The notes beneath the pieces were generated by a model, which searched no databases, was not told the DNA's origin, and saw only the letters and a list, made by a program, of their open reading frames with translations. A stretch of 45,673 bases of DNA, filler included, from Streblomastix strix (taxonomy: Eukaryota), in NCBI GenBank assembly GCA_008636045.1. It is 2 parts of 2 records of this genome, joined end to end, with 100 filler letters (N's around TTAATTAATTAA, not from the genome) between each part and the next. Parts side by side here need not be neighbours in the genome. Positions count along the whole stretch, not along the records: positions 1 to 22,796 come from SNRW01000307.1; positions 22,897 to 45,673 come from SNRW01000308.1. One strand, 5' to 3'. Shown piece by piece: positions 11,323 through 22,898 of this stretch. Position numbers and translations under genes: made by a program. Each line of letters opens with the position of its first letter. The stretch's first letter is position 1.

Positions 11323-14300
11323 TCATTATACCATATAATCACTTGCTTTCAAACCAAATATAAATGGGCAAGAACTTTAATCACTTAGTACCACCATTTT
11401 TGTATGGCAGCCTGTTATTCTATTCCTTTCAGTAGATAACTTACTCATCTAATAATTCTTTCATCCGAGCCTCATATTCGTACATTTTGTAATTGTTCCG
11501 TTGGTTATATTATCCATTATTTAGTCTTTAGTTATTTTATTAGCATTTTGATTTACCCCTTTTAATTTTATTTTTTCTTTATCGCCAACTTTAATATAGT
11601 AATTTTTAGGTGCCAATGCAACTATTTCTGTACATTCACTTTCAATAGCCAAACCGAGTATCTTTTTCTCGTCCAACAAATCACCTTCAATTGTGGGGAA
11701 AAAATACTTAACATTTTCGTCACAAAACTATTAATTTTTTTATAACATGTTTAAACAATTATTTATGACCTGCATCCTCATCACTACTGACCGCCCAATA
11801 TGCTGAATCAGTCTCTCCTTCTACAATATGCAACTTGTCCATATACAAACACTTGCGCATGAAATTGTAAATGAAATTTAAGTACCAATATTTGGCATTG
11901 TCTAATACGAAATAAGCAACTTATAAAGAAGTTTTACATGCGCATGTCTCTGGATTCATATATATGGCATAAACATCATCGGCTAGTTTCTAATCATTAA
12001 TAAAAGTATTCGACAAATGAGCTTAAAGTGCTCGTTTTTCACTTATTATTTTTATCTTTGTATATTTCTCAGTGTTCATGCAATCACTTCCGTACGAGCT
12101 ATTCATATTGATTTTACAAAATTGTTCTAATCCTATTTACCCTTCAATTTTGGCCTAAATTCTTTGGCTTGTAAATTCTTTCACAAACCCATTGAACTTG
12201 TCATGTTTATCAAACAAAAGCAACTGTTTAACATCATCAATTATATAATGGCAGTTATCGATTAAAAACCATAAATAATAACTTGAAAAAGACATGTAGC
12301 CGTCCATAGTAGATAACAAATTGGTTAGCTTCCGCTACTTTTGATCTGTTTTAATTCCGCTATCTTTCATATGCTCGTACATGTATTTACCTATTGTTTC
12401 TACATTGGTCATAAGTTCATAATTCCTTAAAATTGATGGGAAATTAATAAAATCGTTCAAATAATTCTCATCAATATGTCCCTTTATTTCTACTATAAAT
12501 TATTGTCACCATTTATTAAATCTATTTTGGTTATTTATTATATTAATTATTTTTTGTTTATTTTCATCAGAATTATTCAATATTTTACCAACAACAGACC
12601 CATGCATATGCATCTTACCACCGGTATATTTAATAAATTTATGAGGTTCTGATGACATGACACTGGGATATAAAGAGTTGAAATCTATTCCTATTATATG
12701 TGTTATTTTATGGTCAGATGTTAAAAAGGTTACTGTTTTTGTCTCTTTATTATACCAAAATTTCTTTATATAGTCTTACCCTGCAATATTAACCCTATGC
12801 ATCACGTTAGAAAAGCCACCAGTTATGCCTTACCTGATTAGTTTATAAATATCAATGTCTGTTAAATTTGTTGGTAAGTGGTTGAAGCTGCAAAATCTTC
12901 CTAATTATATGAATAGTTTTTGGATGCTTTTGTCTTTATTCGAGCAAAAGGTGTTACAATACAAACAACACGGTGGTACGTTATCTTTTGAATGACCCTT
13001 TTTATTATCGATTCTATCAAATGTTGGCTTTTTATTTAGAGTGAATTCGTCGCTACAAATCGCACATTTGTTTTCATGAAATAGTTGTTTGAAATATTCG
13101 AAATCTGACTCTAAAACATTATTGGTTATATCTATTTTTTGTTGCAAATCCTACATTTTATAATAATATGCTTTACTATTCCAATATTTTTATTATAAAA
13201 CGAATTAAGGTGATTTATCGACTAATTTTGGATAATAACCATTTACATTAAACACTTTATAAGCTAGTGCATATTTAGTTGAATTTGCTCATGCAGCTAT
13301 TGACATAAAACTAAACATATCGATGACGAACTTCATCTACATTTGAATCAAAGCATCAATCGGTTCTTCCATTATTTTGGTATCCTGTTCATTTTAATTT
13401 TAAAGGAATTCCCATCTGTTTTTGAATAGCTTTGCATCTAAAACATATTAGTCATATTCTACTTACTTCATTGATGTATTTTTCAGTGTTGAATTGAATG
13501 ATTCAATTAGAAGTGGTTCTGATTAGTTTAAAATTTCTTTATAGTTACCAGTGTTTATAAATTCATAAGGAAATACACCTTTTAAACTATTGACTTTATA
13601 ATTAAAAGTTTATGCAAATTCTTTTAAAGTAATTGGTACGTAATAAATCAATAAATCAATAAATTTAAGCTTGACGTCCAAGTGCTTATGTTAAACAACA
13701 ATTTGCTTGGCTACTCCTGAACTGCCAATATAACTCTTTATTTCCCAGTCAGCGCATTATAAATTCCTGAATATTGTCGAAAAATCAAATTTTGAACTAT
13801 TAATTCCAATTACTGGTTCCTCCACATTATATTGCATGTTTTTATCTATAGTACCTGAGGAGGTGTCATATTGATTATCTTACTATATGATTACTGCCTC
13901 ATTGAACACCTGCTTTAACCATTGTGTTATAAAATCATCTCCATTTCGCAAATCGGAATATATTGTGTGAATGTCTTGTTTATTTTTAATAGTACAAGCA
14001 ACAGATAAAGGCACTAGTTCGGATATCTATTTGCTTGATTTACCAAATTATTTATTAACAATTTTTTTAACTGTTTCCAAGTCATATGTTATATAATATT
14101 ATGTAGGTTTAAACTCTTTTTATCTTCCATATGCCAAAAGGTATTAGTATGTTTTGTTTTATGTGATATATGGGCAAAACGGTTTTTATATCTAATCCAA
14201 TTAAATAGTCTTGACCAGTTTATCACCATTTTATTCGCACAATTTAGTATGTTTTTCATAGTCTCTTAGGAAATTTTTGCTTTTAGTATCAAACACTTTT

Positions 14301-15887
14301 GACTTGCAAAATAGACAAAATTTTAAACCAGTTAGTGCTTCCTTATTTGCTATAGCAAATGCGTGTTGCGCAAGTATTCCGTCAATTTCTTCCTAAACAA
14401 TTAGTATATCAACGGTTTGTACTTCCTGTTGCTCATTAGTTTCAATGTCTCCGTCTTGTTCCTGTTCCTCATCAACATATTTAATTATATCACCCAAATA
14501 ATAAACTTTGTGCTCATCATCATAAAAGTATATATTCTAATTAATCATAAACTTTTGTATTATAATTTAGGAGTATTTCATAAAGTCTAAACCTTCAAAT
14601 GTTTTTAAAAATTCAGTCATTTATCTACTTTTTGCATCGAATGGTAGATCTAATACCTTAACAAGATACTAACTGTTAATGCTTATAATTGAGTCCTATT
14701 TGTATCGTTTCTAATCGGTATCATGATTTAATGCTTTGGCTAGAGCTTCCATATAACACATATTATTTTCTCCATTATTTTTTTATAAAACTTTCTTGTG
14801 TCCATCCCAGTGTTTTTAAATCAATTCTTTGATACTTGACCCAACTACTACCTTTTACAATTTAAATATTTTAATCATCATCGAATAAATTGCTATTTGA
14901 CGTTCTTTTGTACTATCCAGATTATAATTTTACATGTCAATAATCTCCGTCTTTATATATTGTTTGTATTCATCAATATCGTCATGTGTTTATATATTCT
15001 TTGGTGTATATGTTTAGGTTCTTGCTTCTCGTGGCAATAAATGTTTATAACTAACAACTTTCTAACCATTTTTATCATGATCTAATTCTTCCACTATAAT
15101 ACCAAAATTGAATAGTATTTTTAATGCTCTATGATATTATTTGTTATAAATTGAATCAACAAATTCCTCTATTTTTTCCCAAGAATCTATGTAATTTTTA
15201 TAATATATTGGACTTATGCTATCGTCTGATATAATTTCCTTTTCACGTTAAAACCCTTACCTTGCACGTTTAACCTATTATTCAAATTTTTCATTATCAA
15301 TTGGTGGAAATAATGACAATGTTTCTGTCTCATTTTCAATTTAATTAAATTAATACCCTTCATTTTTTCTAATTTTTTCATATATTTCTTTGTTCTATTA
15401 TTAGCTTGTCAAATATAATGGAAGAATAAAATGGTCATACATTTCTTTAAAATTATCTGGTTTTGTAAATTTCTTTGACTCTTATAATAGCATCAAATCA
15501 TGTTCTTCATTCATTATTCGTATTGCTTATTCGGCTTATTATCTTTAGTAATCAGTCCAAAATACATCTGCTTCTTGTTGTTCTCTTTCTCTTCTATATT
15601 CTTATAAATTTTATTCATATTATTCATTTCTATGAACCGTTTTTTTAATTTAATAACGTTATAATCTAGCTTATTATATTCGTTATTCATATGCGTTTCT
15701 GCGGGCAACATGTTCCGTTATAAATTAGCTGAGTTTATTATAATTATTTTTTTCCTTAATCATAATGTTGAAAAGATAAATAACCTTACAATTTTTATCT
15801 TTATTGTGGAACTTTTAGTTTTTCATCGAAATTAGGCTAATTAATTTATATTAATTATATAAGTTATTATTTACGGATTGGGGCCAT
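11323..15887 (-). pseudogene. polB: Protein-primed family B DNA polymerase with an inserted endonuclease VII-like domain, disrupted
   Basis: ExoI YDLET, ExoII NSSKFD, KGVFPYE, motif A DFNSLYP (~12670-12690), motif B KINMNSSYG (~12090-12118), motif C EGETDS (~11805-11822), APKNY. CAIC...DRIDNKKGHSKDN...CLYCN insert at ~12950-13075. In-frame TGA at 13289-13291 and frameshifts. Confidence 0.93.
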
Positions 15888-15941
15888 TTATTTAAAATTA
15901 AAATATATAAAAATAATTTTGGAAAGAGAAAAAAATATGAT

Positions 15942-16265
15942 TCAAAGGGTTATTTAATGTTCATCAATATCGTCATCAAACTCCTGCTATAATTATGGAT
16001 ACGCATTATATAAATTGTTTATTGTTTCCAGGTTGTTTTCCATTATTTTTTTATAATGTTTTATCTGTTCTTTAGCATTATACACCACTTCATCAATTGT
16101 ATAACTAATAGTATGCAAATTAACTCCTATTGTTCCTTCACATTATTTAGTATAATTTGATGGATTTTATAGTTGCATTTCAAACCTTTTTATGTCCTAT
16201 AATGCTGTACTATAATGCAGCATTGATAATTCAAATGTCGTCAAAAATTTATTTTATTTATCCAT
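15942..16265 (-). CDS. Hypothetical protein (107 aa)
   Basis: Intact ORF. The 21 bp ending at its ATGG are identical to those of polB. Confidence 0.6.
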
Positions 16266-16287
16266 TTATTTAAAATTAAAATTATAA

Positions 16288-17757
16288 TCGTTGATACTCT
16301 ATTTCTAGTAGTATATTATTGTATATATCCATAAATTGCATAGGTATTTTTCTGCCAAAATTGTCATATAAAGTGAATACCAAAGACTTATTTTATCCTA
16401 TCAATCACTATTAAGACATCATGTTTTACCCCCATAATACCGGAGCATCAACCAAGTTTTATTTAAAGCACACATTTGAAAACCCATTACCGCCAATTGA
16501 CTGTAAAGTAATGCCTTAAAACTAGTTTGAAACACTAATTATTAACATCTGCGGATATTCAAGAAAATTACCAATATATGGGCAAAAAATTGGTAAATCA
16601 GTTTCTATACTTTAATTATCAAATTTTGTTTAGTAAAACCATATATCTAGGTCTATTTACTTTATAGCAGATGATAAATTTATTAGTTGATTAGCCCCAT
16701 TTTCATTAAGTCCATCATATAAATCTTAAGCACCAGCTAGTTATACATACAAAAAAGGCGATAAAATTATTCTATTAGCAAACCAGTAAGTGTGTAATGT
16801 CTTAACGTAATCGCTTATAATCTCTGGGATAAACTAGCCATAAAAACTAATTCTACCAAATAAATTATAAATTATTTTCCATAAAGTAATATAAAGTGCT
16901 GGTAATGAACAAATTAATCTTATAGGAAACGTATTTAAATTATTAATAATATACTGCATTGTTTGTTGCTATACATTAATGGGTTATATATCTGATGACG
17001 TAAAAGTTCCATTAAGGTTTATATCTACTTACTTGCCAAATAAATATCTAATTGTTAGACCATTTTATGCTCCAAATTGCTTTGGTTCTATAGATATCAT
17101 ATAGTTAGTTGTTGTAAGACAATATAATCGAATTAACCCCATAGCTCGATATGCTACATTAGCGGTTGTGTCTAGTATCCAGTAGTGATATAAAAGTGCA
17201 TCAATCCTTAAATTTATGTAATTATTTGCTGAGCTAACAACATCCTACCCATAATTTATATTTAACTAGTAAGCTCTATTTTATAGTTTCTATGTGTGCT
17301 AATTCAGACCATTATTAAAACATATTGCTCCACTATTCAACGTTATTTATGTACTAAAATGCTTCTACATTGTATTAACAAAGCTTTATATATTGGCTAA
17401 TCGAAGAGCTAATACTGTAGGCATATATTTATATCCTTATGCAATTTAGTCGCTTGTAAAACAGTTATCAATGGCTATATTCATGTTTAATCTTATAGAA
17501 GGTAATTTGTCTAAAAGTTATAGCTTAAAAGTATCATTTGATATATTTGTTTGCTGGTATATTTTCATCATATCCGAAGACACAATGTTATGCAATATTT
17601 CGATATAATCACTATTTAAATAAAATATTAAATTAATTGGTATATTATTAATGCTATTAACTTGAAAGCTTTAGCAACCACTTGGTATTGTAGTGTCCCA
17701 CTGTACAAAATCCTTATCAGAGTCAGAGATAATAATTTGCAAACTTATACTACTCAT
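16288..17757 (-). CDS. Putative minor capsid (penton-like) protein, ~490 codons
   Basis: Beta-rich. The C-terminal VFTLYDNFGRKIPMQF...NILLEIEYQ resembles penton C-termini. The expected stop reads CGA, so the 3' end is inferred. The internal frame was not fully verified. Confidence 0.5.
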
Positions 17758-17777
17758 TTTAATATCAAAAAATAATG

Positions 17778-18034
17778 TCAAGAGCAACATCACGAAGTTA
17801 AATATTCAAATAACTTCATAACAGCATTTTGGCTATTTTCTTATGCTATATCTACTATTTTTTTAACTAGTCCATTTTCAACCGTTTATTAAATTATCGT
17901 AATAAAAAACGTAGTTCTATTTCTGGTGGTGCTTTTGTTGCTACGGATACTAATGAACTTAGAAACTTTGCATATACCATATACTCATCACAAGTTATTT
18001 TCAACATTTTACGGGGAGGCGTTAATTATGCCAT
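17778..18034 (-). pseudogene. Small hypothetical protein (MAQLTPPRKMLKITCDEY...), frameshifted
   Basis: Plausible helical ORF with a 1-bp loss in a homopolymer near 17862. Confidence 0.45.
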
Positions 18035-18204
18035 ATTTAATAAAAATAAAACAAACAAATCAATTATTTTTAAAGGTTGAAAATTATGAAGTAATGTGCA
18101 AGATACTTGAAATTATAATGATTATTTCACAAAATATGTGTTGTTATGCCATTTGTTTGTTAATAAAAATATAAATAAGAATACATAATTTTAAACAAAA
18201 TAAA

Positions 18205-19291
18205 ATGCCACCAAAGAGAGAATAGAAAGCATAGAAAGTTTAAAAGGTTGCATCAGTCAAACAAAAACCAAAACCTAAAACAAGTGTTAGTGAATTTATT
18301 GAATCAAAAAGCCGAATATACATAATGGTTAATAAGTTAAACCTAACAATGTAAGTAAAATACCATATATATTAGATGTGTTAAAACTATTGGAAGCTGT
18401 TAAAAAAACTAGGTCCAGGTTGTAGTAAATAACGATAGGATTATATTATTTAAGTAAGATAGTATGACCCTAATATTACCCATGGAGATGTAGAAGCAGC
18501 TTTTGAAGGTATGAAAGATGCGACAAGAAGGCAAAGACATTTTGATGGTATTGATCCAAATGACTTAAAACAATATTATAGGGATTTAGATGAACATATA
18601 CGAGGTGTTCATGATCCATTATAAGGTGTTTATAGAAACGAAGCCATGAGTGATTAGTCCCTAAGTATAAATGCTAGAGCAAATGAACTGGCAAATGATA
18701 TAGGAATCCATGCGCTTCTTTAACCATCATTACGTGCAACAGCACCTCCAAAAGGTATTCATAAAGAGGATGAACTGATGAATTTTATGTTTGGCTTTCA
18801 TTAAGAAAAGGAAAAGAAAAAGGTAAAGGAAAAAGACAATATTTATTAAAATCAAAGTCTTGATAATACATAAGATGCTTTTGAATACTAAATATAAAAT
18901 TTTACAGATTAATAACAGCAAATAAGTCCAACAAATGAGTTGCAATAATATTAGAGAGAAAAATAACTTGAAGGATAAATTTTATAGCAAGATAACGCAC
19001 AAATGCAAAAGACCGTAGAATATTTTACAAACGGAATAAATTTGTAATCTGCCCCTGTAAATCAATATTATAGCAAAACACCATATACTACAAAAAAGAC
19101 TGGATATTATATGAATGAAGGGGGACAATTATATTTACAAACAAAGAAGGATTTTATACGGAAAGAAGACAGAATGAATAGGCCACCAAAACATAATAAT
19201 TATATACCAACAATCTAGTTATAAAAAGTCTTTAGATGCATAAAAATATTTAAAAAATAAATATGGTAAAAATTAGAAAAAAAAGTCATGA
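18205..19291 (+). pseudogene. Hypothetical protein with a basic N-terminus (MPPKREQKAQKVQKVASVKQKPKPK), possible core/DNA-binding protein
   Basis: About 360 codons with at least one frameshift (length 3n+1). Function is inferred from the basic termini only. Confidence 0.55.
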
Positions 19292-19603
19292 TAAAGATAC
19301 TTGTGGTGCTTCATTTTTAAATAAATCGTTAGTTTTTATAATAACATTTTGTTTTATTTTCTTTTGTATCATATAGTTTATTTTTATAACATCTTCGTTA
19401 TCTAATATTATTTTACCTAATAATTTTATAACTTATATTTGTAGAGTAGAAGCTTATAGGTTAAACTTTTTTAAATCCTCGCTTTTTCTAGCTTTATATT
19501 CTTTTCATTATTATCTTGCAACATTTTTTGCTTAATCTTCTGTTTAATATTTTTTAGGTCTTCCAGCTTGTAAAGTTTGTTTTACAATTTTTATATCTTC
19601 CAT
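19286..19603 (-). pseudogene. Small basic protein with an AT-hook-like GRPKKY motif; nonsense at codon 33
   Basis: MEDIKIVKQTLQAGRPKKYQTEDQAKNVARQQ*KEYKARK. TGA at 19505-19507; the frame is otherwise open. Confidence 0.65.
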
Positions 19604-19627
19604 TTAATATACTAATAAAAAAATAAA

Positions 19628-20839
19628 TCAAAATAATTAAAATGTTCTATTGTATTTTTCAGGTAATACATCAATTTTGTCAGCAACTTTATGCGTATAA
19701 TATACTGGAACTTCAACTGTTTTTATATCTTTATATGGTTTTAGCAACTCACATATAACATTGCCATGCTAATATTTTATAAATGTTGCTACCTCATTAA
19801 ACTACCTTCTTTTCTTTTAAAATCCATGAGGTGTTTTTGATAGATCCAAATGTATCATTATTATATTACCTTTTGTTAAATCTAGTTGTTTATTTTTGTT
19901 ATATAAGTCCTTTATATTTTTTAACTACTCCATTTTCTTACGTATAAATATACCTTCTAAATCCTCATTATCATTAACTTATGAAGGACTAAATGATTAT
20001 TTTTAAAGCTTTAAAACATTATGTTTTGTGTTGTTATATCCGTCAACTACTTGCTATATTTATTTGTTATTAGCCATTAGCTAAGGGTCATTTTCAAATG
20101 CGTTTTTTATTGTTCTTACTACTGAATCAACAACCCGATTTTTATTTATGAAAGGTGAAGAATTAAAAAAATATTTTATATTATTTTATTTTAAAAACTC
20201 CTTAATTTGTTTGCTACCTAAAGCCGCTTCACCATCAGAACGTATGTTATTAACATTTTAGTCTTTGATAAGCTACTTTATACATCTTAGTAGTTCGTTT
20301 GCTGTTTTATCCTTTAAAGGAAATACAACTAAAAATTTGGTATTAATATTGATGGAAAACAAATATTACTACACAATTTTATTAACTGTTTGGTGCATTA
20401 CAAAAATTATATCAATTTCCCAGCTCCCAAGCTCTGGTGAAAAATATGGCCTTTAGAATTTTTTTAACGGCTTTATTTTTATGTCTTATATTACATCATT
20501 TTTGTTTTAAATTTTTCTACAAAATATATTTGTTATTCGCTAAGGTTATTATTCTTGTTTTGGCTTTGCTTATGTCTTTGTTGTTTGTTTTATTCTTTCA
20601 GCGTGATATTTCGTGAAATTATCCAAATAAATTTTATACCATTATGATTTAGTTTTATTTTCAAATAATTCTTACAAATTGTTCATATTAAATTGTTTTT
20701 TAAAATGAAAATTTAAATTTCTTATAAAATCCTATAGTTTTATTTTATCGACTTTGAAAGCCTTATCATCAATAAATTTTATTTTTTATTAAAACATTTA
20801 TTATGTATTAAATTATTTTATCCCAATTATATAAGCCAT
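19628..20839 (-). CDS. Retroviral-like (rve) integrase, 403 aa
   Basis: WEIDIIF (D1), FSININTKF...PLKDKT, IRSDGEAA (D2), NKNRVVDSVVRTIK (third acidic residue), YNNTKH. Open frame starting next to the inner edge of the right TIR. Confidence 0.88.
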
Positions 20840-20844
20840 TCATC

Positions 20845-21413
20845 AAGAAAAAATTTTTGGTCAGTTTGTCCGATTAGCCACACTTTTTTATGGCAATTTT
20901 TTACCCGAAACACCTGGAACACTTGGTCCAGTTCGTGGCTATGACATTTTTTGTTAAATCTCCATGCTAAAATTATTACTAAAATTATGTGTATACATTA
21001 TTTGTTGTTGTATATTATTACAAATTCATGTGGGGGGCTTTTTGGAGATATTTTTTTAAAAAGCTTTTTTTAACCGTTATTTATTTATTTTAATTATTTT
21101 ATATAAGGGTGTTGATATTCATTATTTATTTTGCACATATTAGTCTACGACTTTGCAAAGCAAGTAGTAGTATACAATGGTTATTTATGCAATAACTTCA
21201 AAAGGAATTAGTATTTATAAAAAACCACGCAAGTTCTTTTTTTTAACTGATGGTTTAACAAATATAATAATATTTTCGAACAAAGGCGTTAGCCAGCTGT
21301 GAAAAAAATTTATAAATTGTAAGGCCAAAAGCTTAAAAAATGATGAAGTGGATACTTTTTATAAAACTGAATACTTTTTGAAGTTAGGGAATAAATCCCC
21401 ATTATATACTACT
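20845..21413 (-). repeat. Right TIR of element 1, including a terminal imperfect hairpin (21166-21413)
   Basis: 20845-21288 matches the left TIR. 21292-21413 is an imperfect reverse complement of 21166-21287, with apex GGC-GTTA-GCC. Confidence 0.88.
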
Positions 21414-21729
21414 AATATTAAATATCGTATCTTATTAGTTGCCCATAGAAAAATAAATGTAATTTTGCCGATTATTATTTATTCATTCATTTAATGTTAT
21501 ATTTATTTCTAGAATATATTCTACCCAATTATTTTCTTAGAAATTCAACTTAATACCAATAAAATATATAATAAATAACGAACAATATTTTCATTTCATA
21601 TTTTTTATTTTTTATTTTCTTTTTTTAATTTATTTTTATTTTATTGTACTATATTTTATTTTTTCTACTTATTTTATTCATGCAACATTATAGAACCATA
21701 TATATACATTAGCACGATCATATATTTAA

Positions 21730-22506
21730 ATGGGAAACAATTTAGAAAGTATTAATAAATATTTTATTAGATTTTTTTTGATATTATTTACTTTTCTAAA
21801 TTTATAATAATATAAAATAGGATAAAAAAGTAAAGATGCTGAAATAATTATAACTTCATTTGTGGCTTCAAATGAACACGTCAAAAAAACAAAATTTACT
21901 AGGAAGAAAAATTAATAATAATCAGAATCGTCCACTTCACAATCATCTGTTAATAACTCTCTTAAATTCGTTGAAGAACATTTTTAGAGTAATGAATTTA
22001 AAAAATTAATCTAAATTCCAAATCTCCTCCATTCACTATCAGCACTTTCATTATACAAACTCGGTATTCATTCAAAAGAAGAAGAAGATCTATAGAGATT
22101 TACAATTAGAAATAGCAGTATACGATGTCTTATGTTTATTCATTTCTATGTAGATGAATAAGATCAAACAGAACTTGTCAATGTTGGATATGGAAGAGTG
22201 ATGTCTTTTTCAATTTGCACAGCTGGAGGCGTTGCTGAAGAACAAGATGCGGAGATATTCATTGAATTGGATCACTTCTAATTTTTCCTCAGATAACTGC
22301 ATGAAGGTAAAACTAATGATTAGTAACCATCTTTCCAACCACTTCCATTACTTGTTCGAAGGACCGAAGAATAAATAGAAGAAGAAGGAGCAATTGAAGA
22401 ATTAGAAGCGTAAATGGAAAATAGAGGATTTTATTTAAGTAGTATAAGGAAATGGGCAAATAGGGCCAAAGCAAAGACACTGAACCACTTCATTCACAGA
22501 AAATGA
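21730..22506 (+). CDS. Host hypothetical protein (234 aa) with one 72-nt GT-AG intron (21749-21820)
   Basis: The spliced frame is open: MGNNLERQKSKDAE...GYGRVMSFSICTAGG...PSFQPLPLL...EEQIEEEGAIEELEAQM...HFIHRK*. It resembles, from recollection only, an expanded oxymonad hypothetical family. Confidence 0.75.
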
Positions 22507-22796
22507 AAATGGCCAGTTTTATACGTTCTATTTTGTCTATTTCATATGAACTACATTAAGCAAAATTAATATTATGTGGTTTGAACTACTTTAAATTTAT
22601 GTAATAATTATTAATTCCCCCTTCATTTCGATATTAATCCATGAAAAAAGTAATTTTTTGCAAATAATTTTTTTTTTTCATTTTTTATTTTTATAAATTA
22701 AACAAATATAATAAATATTAAAATATTCATTTATTTGCCTATTTTAAATTTTATATATTTTGACACAATTAGTATCATTAATCAAGAAATTCCGAA

Positions 22797-22896
22797 NNNN
22801 NNNNNNNNNNNNNNNNNNNNNNNNNNNNNNNNNNNNNNNNTTAATTAATTAANNNNNNNNNNNNNNNNNNNNNNNNNNNNNNNNNNNNNNNNNNNN
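22797..22896. other. Artificial contig linker (44 N + TTAATTAATTAA + 44 N)
   Basis: Symmetric N runs around a six-frame stop spacer. Sequences on either side need not be adjacent in the genome. Confidence 0.97.
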
Positions 22897-22898
22897 TT

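Larger units (their letters stand above)
436..21413. mobile_element. Polinton/Maverick-like endogenous dsDNA virus (element 1), partly decayed, left tip truncated
   Basis: Long TIRs enclose pPolB, rve integrase, packaging ATPase, HNH nuclease and putative capsid and fibre genes in a dense, apparently intronless array. The right end finishes ...TATACTACT (5'-AGTAGT on the minus strand), like Polinton termini. No TSD can be tested because the left tip is missing. Confidence 0.92.

Noticed and set aside
430..21294. Element ends at 436/21288 with a target-site duplication
   Set aside because: The flanks (actatt vs ttagcc) do not match. 21288 is a hairpin loop and the element continues to about 21413.
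22841..22852. TTAATTAATTAA palindrome as a biological site, and linkage of element 1 to the dynein gene
   Set aside because: It is an artificial spacer inside N runs joining separate contigs.
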